Shown here in pieces: positions 57,964 to 64,000 of a stretch of 64,000 nucleotides of DNA (its first letter is position 1; the number at the start of each line of letters is the position of its first letter). Both the position numbers and the translations under genes were made by a program. Below the pieces are notes generated by a model. The model worked only from the letters and a program-made list of their open reading frames with translations, was not told the DNA's origin and searched no databases. Origin of the DNA: Prevotella sp. UBA2755. Its GTDB lineage: Bacteria; Bacteroidota; Bacteroidia; Bacteroidales; Bacteroidaceae. The stretch is taken from positions 2,818-66,817 of the forward strand of contig DEJF01000025.1 in NCBI GenBank assembly GCA_002353225.1, read 5' to 3'.

Positions 57964-60003
57964 ATGATTAGAAACTTATCCCTTCGCCGTATCCTGACCA
58001 GTATGATGCCATGCATCCTATTGTTCTTTTTTGCATGCTCAAAGCAAGGTGATTCCGTTTCTACTCATCATGACACCAATGAAGGACAGGACTCTATCAT
58101 CCAAGACATGATAGAGGAAGAACCTGAGAAAGCCCTGTTATTAGTAGACAGTCTTGAACAAAAACACCAGATTTCTAACTATAAGGCGAATTATCTCAGA
58201 GGACAGATTCACTACAGGTTAGGTCAAGAACTGACCGCAGAACTATACTATAAGCGTGCTATTGCGGACAACAATCTCTATAACGAGGAACCCAAATTAT
58301 ACTATTATGTTGCCGACCAACTATCCACAATCCTTACGGTCAAGGGCGATCAGGATGGGGCTTTGATGACAGCCACAGACGCTTATGCTGTCGTACAGGA
58401 AGACACCACGAAGATAGGACAGTTGTGGGCATCTATCCTACTACATGATATCGGCTATAGCCAAATGCAGTTAGGTCACAAGGCGGAAGCAGAGAAAAGT
58501 TTCACGAAGGCTTGGAATGATCTCAAACAACTTTCAGAAAAAGACTCTACTTTCGACATCACTCAAGTATGGGCACGTATCACCTATAATATTATTGATG
58601 CCTATACCAGTACGGAGCAGTTCCAGGAAGCCGCCCAATGGCTGACACATGGTGACGAGGCAATAGGAAAGATGGCATCCTCTCCTGACTGTCCTGCCTC
58701 TCTCGCCGAAGAATACATGGCAGGACTCAACACCCATAAGGCACTTGTCTATCTCAAGACAGGTAGACGTACCGAAGCAGAGAAAGCCTATCAGCGCTTT
58801 TTAGGTACTGCCTATTCTAAGTCCAGTAAGGGTACCATAGAGCATTGTGAGTACCTTGAACTCGCAGGAAAATGGAATGAGTTAGCCAACCTGACTCCAA
58901 AGGTTGACTCCATTATCCGCTCTTGGGGAACCCCGCCTTCACTTTATTATTTCAAATCATATCTCAAACCATACCTGAAAGGTTATATCCGTTCCGGGCG
59001 CACGACAGAGGCACTTGCCATGGCGGAGCGTATTGCCGAACTTGCCGATTCCATCTATGATTATGAAAGAGAACATAATGCCGCAGAACTTGCCATTATG
59101 TATGAGACACAACAGAAAGAGAAACAGATTGCCGACCAACAGTCAATGCTGAAGAACCAGCGTTTCCTGATGGCATTTATCGGTATCCTGCTGTTACTCA
59201 TCTCTTTGGTCATCATCTCTCTTCTCCGTCTTCGCAATGCCAAGCAACTTGCTGAGAAGAACAAGGAACTGGAGCATAAGAACAAGGAACTGACAGAAGC
59301 CAATGCCCGTGCTGAGGAGTCGTCACGCATGAAGACAGACTTCATACAACAGATATCCCATGAGATCCGCACCCCACTGAATGTGCTGAGTGGTTTCACA
59401 CAGGTGCTGACAACCCCAGATACGGACCTGACCGATGAGGAGCGTCAAGACATCAACAATCGTATCACCATGAATACGAACCGTATCACAGAACTCGTCA
59501 ATAAGATGCTGGAACTCTCCGACATTCATAGCAAGAGCATCATCGAGCGTACCGATAAGGTAAACACCATACAAATAGCAGCCCAGGCAGTGGAAGGCTC
59601 TGACATTCCCAAAGCGAAACATATCACTTTTAACTTAGAGTACGACCCCTCTGCCGACAAAACGATACGCACCAACTCCCTGTCCGCCTCCCGTTCATTG
59701 GCATTATTACTGAACAATGCCGCTAAATTCACCAAGGAAGGCAATGCGGAATTACGCATCACCCTCGATGACACCGCCCACATGGTCGTCTACACCGTTA
59801 CCGATACGGGTATAGGTATTCCTCCCTATGAGGCAGAGCATATCTTTGAGGAGTTCTTCCAACTCGACAACTACTACGAGGGAACGGGTATCGGTCTCAG
59901 TGTGGCTCGTAGTATTGTACGCCGTCTGGGTGGTGACATCCGTCTGGACACCAGTTATCAGGGTGGTGCCCGTTTCATCATGACCCTTCCTGACGAGGCA
60001 TAA
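57964..60003 (+). CDS. Sensor histidine kinase with TPR-like periplasmic domain
   Basis: TM, ISHEIRTPLN H-box, NNAAKFT, DTGIG and GTGIGL motifs. Confidence 0.93.
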   Translation: MIRNLSLRRILTSMMPCILLFFFACSKQGDSVSTHHDTNEGQDSIIQDMIEEEPEKALLLVDSLEQKHQISNYKANYLRGQIHYRLGQELTAELYYKRAIADNNLYNEEPKLYYYVADQLSTILTVKGDQDGALMTATDAYAVVQEDTTKIGQLWASILLHDIGYSQMQLGHKAEAEKSFTKAWNDLKQLSEKDSTFDITQVWARITYNIIDAYTSTEQFQEAAQWLTHGDEAIGKMASSPDCPASLAEEYMAGLNTHKALVYLKTGRRTEAEKAYQRFLGTAYSKSSKGTIEHCEYLELAGKWNELANLTPKVDSIIRSWGTPPSLYYFKSYLKPYLKGYIRSGRTTEALAMAERIAELADSIYDYEREHNAAELAIMYETQQKEKQIADQQSMLKNQRFLMAFIGILLLLISLVIISLLRLRNAKQLAEKNKELEHKNKELTEANARAEESSRMKTDFIQQISHEIRTPLNVLSGFTQVLTTPDTDLTDEERQDINNRITMNTNRITELVNKMLELSDIHSKSIIERTDKVNTIQIAAQAVEGSDIPKAKHITFNLEYDPSADKTIRTNSLSASRSLALLLNNAAKFTKEGNAELRITLDDTAHMVVYTVTDTGIGIPPYEAEHIFEEFFQLDNYYEGTGIGLSVARSIVRRLGGDIRLDTSYQGGARFIMTLPDEA

Positions 60004-60028
60004 AAAAGGCTTTCCTTTCGGAAAGCCC
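60002..60028 (-). terminator. Intrinsic terminator of the ferredoxin gene (possibly bidirectional)
   Basis: Reverse complement GGGCTTTCC-GAAA-GGAAAGCC followed by a T run. Confidence 0.75.
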
Positions 60029-60053
60029 CATATTCATTTTAACTACACCTGTG

Positions 60054-60224
60054 TTAAGCAGGCAGGCTGATAGCCTCTGACGGACAAACGTCAGCACATG
60101 TGCCACACTCTGTGCAGACATCAGGGTTGATTGAATACTTATCGCCCTCAGAGATTGCTCCTGCTGGGCACTCATCGATACATGTTCCACATGCGATGCA
60201 GTCGTCACCAATTACGTATGCCAT
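60054..60224 (-). CDS. 2[4Fe-4S] ferredoxin (56 aa; missing from the ORF track)
   Basis: MAYVIGDDCIACGTCIDECPAGAISEGDKYSINPDVCTECGTCADVCPSEAISLPA*, with two CxxCxxCxxxCP motifs. Confidence 0.96.
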   Translation of the reverse strand: MAYVIGDDCIACGTCIDECPAGAISEGDKYSINPDVCTECGTCADVCPSEAISLPA

Positions 60225-60371
60225 AATCTTTTTTATTTAAAATGTTAATACTAAATACTTACTTTTGATGATGCAAAGATAGGAATATTTTTCGATATAT
60301 ACCTAACTTTGGGTAGAATATTTTCATAATTTATACGATGTCGAAATAATAAAGAACCTTTTTCCTGCGTT

Positions 60372-61130
60372 ATGTTTAATGTGAACAAGAAACGATTATT
60401 TCTCTTAGCAATATTGCTTGTCGGTATTCTTTCCGCACAAGCACAACAGCGTCGCGTGCAGCACAAGCCCTATATTGACTTGCGCCCATTGCACTTCGGC
60501 ATCGTAGTAGGTACGCATCTGCAAGACATTGAGTTTGAGAATGTGGGCCCACAGGTTCTTGTCGACGAGGAAGGCAATGTCAGTGAGCATCTCATCACGG
60601 CAGATGCCGACAAGTGGAACCCCGGTTTCTCCGTCGGTGTGCTTGCTGAGTTACGACTGCATGAGAACATTGCCTTGCGCTTCTCCCCCTCCATGCACTT
60701 CGGTGCCAAGCATCTTACCTTTCTTAATATGTTAGATCTTGACGAGGAAGGACGACCCCGTAAGGTGACGCAAGACTTGAAGAACACGTATGTCGGACTG
60801 CCTGTGAACATCAAGTTCAGTGCTCCCCGCTTCAACAACTACCGTCCTTTCATTGCTGCTGGTATCAGTGGGATGATCAACCTCACGGGAGGTGGTGAGG
60901 ACTATGTCAGTCTGAAGCGTTTCTCATCCATGGTCGAGGTAGGTATCGGCTGTGACTTCTACCTGCCCTTCTTCAAGTTGATTCCTGAGTTGAAGTTCTG
61001 CTATGGTTTGGGCAACAGTCTTGACACCAACCATATCAATGAACTGCGCGACACCAACAAACGAGCCTATGCAGGCAGTGTCAGCAGTTCACAGTCGAAG
61101 ATGATCATGCTCTCGTTCTATTTCGAGTGA
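60372..61130 (+). CDS. porT: PorT/SprT-family T9SS outer-membrane beta-barrel
   Basis: PYIDLRPLHFG, GFSVG, GIGCDFYLPFFKLIPELKFCYG motifs; ends in SFYFE. Confidence 0.88.
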   Translation: MFNVNKKRLFLLAILLVGILSAQAQQRRVQHKPYIDLRPLHFGIVVGTHLQDIEFENVGPQVLVDEEGNVSEHLITADADKWNPGFSVGVLAELRLHENIALRFSPSMHFGAKHLTFLNMLDLDEEGRPRKVTQDLKNTYVGLPVNIKFSAPRFNNYRPFIAAGISGMINLTGGGEDYVSLKRFSSMVEVGIGCDFYLPFFKLIPELKFCYGLGNSLDTNHINELRDTNKRAYAGSVSSSQSKMIMLSFYFE

Positions 61131-61963
61131 AGCGTCATCACCATCTTCCCCACGAAAATAGCATGCTTCCCGTTCTGGTCGACAGGCACCTGCTTGCCGT
61201 CCAAATCCTTCTCATACTCCAATTGTTTGAAATAGGTATGCGTATGTCCACCTAACACCAAGTCGATATGGCGTGACCTCGGTATCATATATTGGTCGTC
61301 CTCCCCTCGGTTGCTATACCATCCCAAATGGGACAGACAGATGACGACATCGCATTTCTTATCTTTTTTCAGCATCGTCGCCGTCTCTAAAGCCACCTTT
61401 CCAGGGTCGAGATACTTCACGCCCACACAGTTCTTTTCCGATACGAGTCCCTCCATCTTGGGGGAGAGTCCGAACACCCCGATCCTCACCCCATTCCGTT
61501 TGATGATGATATACGGTTTCACCAGTCCCTCGCACGGAGTGCCCGTGAAGTCATAGTTCGCACAGACTATCGGGAAAGTGGCAAGACGGAACACACGAGC
61601 CATCTCCTCCATCCCGAAGTCAAACTCATGATTCCCGATGGCAACGGCATCATAGCCCATCCTGTTCATCAGTCCTATCTCCACATCCCCCTTGAACATG
61701 GTATAATAGGCAGACCCTTGGAAGAAGTCACCACTGTCAAACAACAACAGGTCGGGACATTTCTCACGCTCCTCCCTCAGCATGGCGATACGACGGAGCG
61801 CCCCTGCCCTGCCCGCCTTCATGGTATCTGGCAGTTGGGGGTTAATGGGCATAATCGTACTGTGCGTGTCATTCGTATGCAGAATGACCAGTTGTTTCTC
61901 TTTCTTAGCCTGTCCCGACAAGGACAGCAGCATCATCAATATGACTCCAAGATATCTCATCAT
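61118..61963 (-). CDS. 5'-nucleotidase, metallophosphoesterase (N-domain) subunit
   Basis: HTNDTHS, DSGD, GNHEFD, SHLG and GGHTH motifs. Confidence 0.92.
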   Translation of the reverse strand: MMRYLGVILMMLLSLSGQAKKEKQLVILHTNDTHSTIMPINPQLPDTMKAGRAGALRRIAMLREEREKCPDLLLFDSGDFFQGSAYYTMFKGDVEIGLMNRMGYDAVAIGNHEFDFGMEEMARVFRLATFPIVCANYDFTGTPCEGLVKPYIIIKRNGVRIGVFGLSPKMEGLVSEKNCVGVKYLDPGKVALETATMLKKDKKCDVVICLSHLGWYSNRGEDDQYMIPRSRHIDLVLGGHTHTYFKQLEYEKDLDGKQVPVDQNGKHAIFVGKMVMTLHSK

Positions 61964-61968
61964 AACAC

Positions 61969-62730
61969 CTAATCCTCTATGGTTATTCTTCCTTCCATCT
62001 GCGCATCCACCTCCTTGCCCTGTTTGTCCATCTCACGGAAGTAGTTCATGATGACAAAGCGGGAGTTGTTCTTCTCCTCCTGGGGTGAGTTGATATTCCT
62101 ACCCTTCTTAAAAGCACTCATCTTATCCGTACCACCCAACAGATAGTCGATAGTAACGATTCGATAGTCTTGCTGCGGATTGATAGATTTTCCATGGATG
62201 GTCGCACGCACCAACTTGCCGTCTGTGGTGATGACCATCCTGACGGCATGGCTCACCCCCTCGCCTCCGACAGCAGCCATCTCACGGAAGAGTTCCAGCA
62301 CCTCAGCACCAGAAAGGGTGGTGAAGGCGATCTTATTCTCAAAAGGAGCAATATCCAACACATCACCATAGGTCACATCACCCTTCGGCAAGTCAGCACG
62401 AATACCTCCCATGTTATATACCCCAAAGTCAGGATGCTCCCCATAGTCCTTTGCCGCCCACACCATGATGTCAGCAAGCAGGTTGGAGATCTCGCTCTCC
62501 GGGCGTTTCGGCGACATAAACTTTGCCGACCGTCCCACCTTCGGTCCCATGATACTGTCAATGACCTGGGTATAATATTGGAGGAACGTCGCCGCCTCCG
62601 CGTCAGGATGAGCGTCATAACGACTGTTGACCAGTATGGTGGAACGCTCCACCGATGCCACCTGATAGTGGGTCCGACAAGCCGTCAGCCCCACCGTCAT
62701 CATGATGATAATCACTAATTTCCTGTCCAT
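61969..62730 (-). CDS. 5'-nucleotidase C-terminal-domain lipoprotein
   Basis: Lipobox LTAC; NLLAD, NMGGIR, PFEN and DYLLGG motifs. Confidence 0.9.
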   Translation of the reverse strand: MDRKLVIIIMMTVGLTACRTHYQVASVERSTILVNSRYDAHPDAEAATFLQYYTQVIDSIMGPKVGRSAKFMSPKRPESEISNLLADIMVWAAKDYGEHPDFGVYNMGGIRADLPKGDVTYGDVLDIAPFENKIAFTTLSGAEVLELFREMAAVGGEGVSHAVRMVITTDGKLVRATIHGKSINPQQDYRIVTIDYLLGGTDKMSAFKKGRNINSPQEEKNNSRFVIMNYFREMDKQGKEVDAQMEGRITIED

Positions 62731-62822
62731 ACCTGTAGTTTTAGCGACAGCAAAAGTACGAAAAAAAGAGGGTAAAAAACAAAAAATCCTCCGAATTTAT
62801 TGTGAGATTCGAGAAAAAGCAG

Positions 62823-62892
62823 TACCTTTGCATCCGCTTTCCGCGTAATCGCTGGCAGGAAGTCACGAGTTGCCTGTTATGTTGCGTAGGAA
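62823..62892 (+). promoter_or_regulatory. rplS promoter (-7 box) and structured 5' leader
   Basis: TACCTTTG at 62823-62830; hairpin TTCCGCGTAA...GGCAG..TTGCC...TTGCGTAGGAA. Confidence 0.55.
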
Positions 62893-62922
62893 CGATACAA
62901 CAATTTAATTTAAAGAAATACA

Positions 62923-63282
62923 ATGGATTTAATTAAAGTTGCTGAAGAAGCATTTGCAACCGGCAAGAAGTTCCCAGAGTTCAAGGCTGGTGACACTGTA
63001 ACTGTCGCTTACAAAATTATCGAGGGTTCCAAGGAGCGTGTCCAACTCTACCGTGGCGTTGTCATCAAGATCAGCGGTCACCAAGAGAAAAAGCGCTTCA
63101 CTGTTCGCAAGATGTCTGGTACTGTTGGTGTAGAGCGTATCTTCCCTATCGAGTCTCCGAACATCGACTCCATTGAGGTGAACAAGGTTGGTAAGGTTCG
63201 TCGCGCTAAACTTTACTATCTGCGCAAACTCACTGGTAAGGCTGCCCGTATTAAGGAGAAGCGCCACAACGTAGGCGAGTAA
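62923..63282 (+). CDS. rplS: 50S ribosomal protein L19
   Basis: [14 protein letters not shown] and [12 protein letters not shown] motifs. Confidence 0.98.
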   Translation: MDLIKVAEEAFATGKKFPEFKAGDTVTVAYKIIEGSKERVQLYRGVVIKISGHQEKKRFTVRKMSGTVGVERIFPIESPNIDSIEVNKVGKVRRAKLYYLRKLTGKAARIKEKRHNVGE

Positions 63283-63303
63283 TACCTTCGACAATTACGA
63301 CAT

Positions 63304-63338
63304 AAAAAGGAGACATTCCCAACGGATGTCTCTTTTTT
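63304..63338. terminator. Bidirectional terminator after rplS
   Basis: AAAAAGGAGACATTC...GGATGTCTCTTTTTT. Confidence 0.8.
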
Positions 63339-63540
63339 ATGCCCTCGGCTTCTCCCCTACCTTGTAGTTCTCCTCGCCGTCGCCCTCTCCATGCAGGGCT
63401 TCCTGAAACGACTCCCAGTCCTGAAAGCCTGCCAACAGTGATAACCTGTCGAGTGTCTTCTGGTTCGGCTTCTTCAGCAGTTCGTGCTCTACCGCCTCCA
63501 GCAACTTGCGCAGTGCGTGTCTCTTTTTCTCCATAATCAT
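63337..63540 (-). CDS. Small hypothetical protein
   Basis: Helical ORF with KP..KTLDRLSLLAGFQDWESF, directly downstream of the RNase Z-like gene; exact start uncertain (63534/63540/63561). Confidence 0.6.
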   Translation of the reverse strand: MIMEKKRHALRKLLEAVEHELLKKPNQKTLDRLSLLAGFQDWESFQEALHGEGDGEENYKVGEKPRA

Positions 63541-63561
63541 ATTGTCTATTGGGTTACTCAC

Positions 63562-63999
63562 TTACAAGATGATCCGTTCCAGATCATCCGGCACACAGAC
63601 TTTCCCACTGAACGCAGACTGAGCCTCAGCAGTATATCGCTCACGACGGGTGTCAAGGGTCTTGTCCTCTGTATGGTAGAGTATGAGATTCTTAACATGA
63701 AGACTCTCAGCAAGACGCGCCGCATCGAGTGCCGTACTGTGATGCTTCTCGTATGGCTTGAAACGGTCACGGTCCTCATACAGACAGAATGCCTCACTCA
63801 TCAACCAGTCCGCATGTTCCGCATACTGCTGGCATTGTGGACTATACGGCTCATCACCAAGACAACACAAACGCTGTCCGCCAGGTAATAATGCCAAGAA
63901 ACCGAACTGGCGCTCCTTCGTAGACTGGATGTCGAAGCATTGCAGATGGATGTCGCCCACCTCGAAAGTGTCACCATCCTCCAGACAATGCATCGTCAC
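63562..63999 (-). CDS. MBL-fold hydrolase, RNase Z-like (5' part outside the window)
   Basis: CLGD, SEAFC, HST, LILYH and PDD motifs. Confidence 0.82.
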   Translation of the reverse strand: MTMHCLEDGDTFEVGDIHLQCFDIQSTKERQFGFLALLPGGQRLCCLGDEPYSPQCQQYAEHADWLMSEAFCLYEDRDRFKPYEKHHSTALDAARLAESLHVKNLILYHTEDKTLDTRRERYTAEAQSAFSGKVCVPDDLERIIL

Positions 64000-64000
64000 G

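Noticed and set aside
61118-62730. 5'-nucleotidase split in two genes as a frameshift pseudogene
   Set aside because: Each half has its own signal peptide and the C-domain gene comes first; this is a natural two-subunit arrangement.
63550-63561. ORF beginning MSNP, like the micro-ORFs in the 30-bp repeat
   Set aside because: The nucleotide sequence is unrelated to the repeat and the GTG start is doubtful; coincidence.

Overview
Chromosomal window from a Bacteroidota genome, most likely Prevotellaceae. The assignment rests on TAnnTTTG/TTTG promoter boxes, the T9SS genes porW/porX/porT, gldH, and Bacteroidales gene order. Most of it is core housekeeping: cca, tpiA, folE, aroA, tsaE, trxA, dnaE, psd/pssA, pyrH, birA, tadA, metF, holB, purH-N/mreBCD/mrdA/rodA, lptF/G, ribBA, an exbB-exbD-exbD-tonB cluster, rplS, tRNA-Pro and tRNA-Met. 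There are two accessory patches. The first (1-5.1 kb) is an eroding AraC/flavodoxin/SDR/hydrolase redox cluster with two visible deletion scars. The second (41.7-46.35 kb) holds an MNT-HEPN toxin-antitoxin pair bracketed by 30-bp direct repeats in a promoter-cargo-repeat arrangement, followed by a mosaic LRR-MBG-BtuG-like propeller-dockerin surface protein and several palindromic repeats. Other oddities are an in-frame membrane-protein/triosephosphate-isomerase fusion, a Cys-rich N-terminal extension on PorW, a palindrome inserted in frame in tsaE, a perfectly symmetric bidirectional leaderless promoter (birA/tadA), and four sequence-unrelated 22-bp-period dyad arrays that share short flanking tags. 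I saw no integrase, transposase, rRNA or CRISPR array. All family assignments come from motif recognition by eye, not from database searches.
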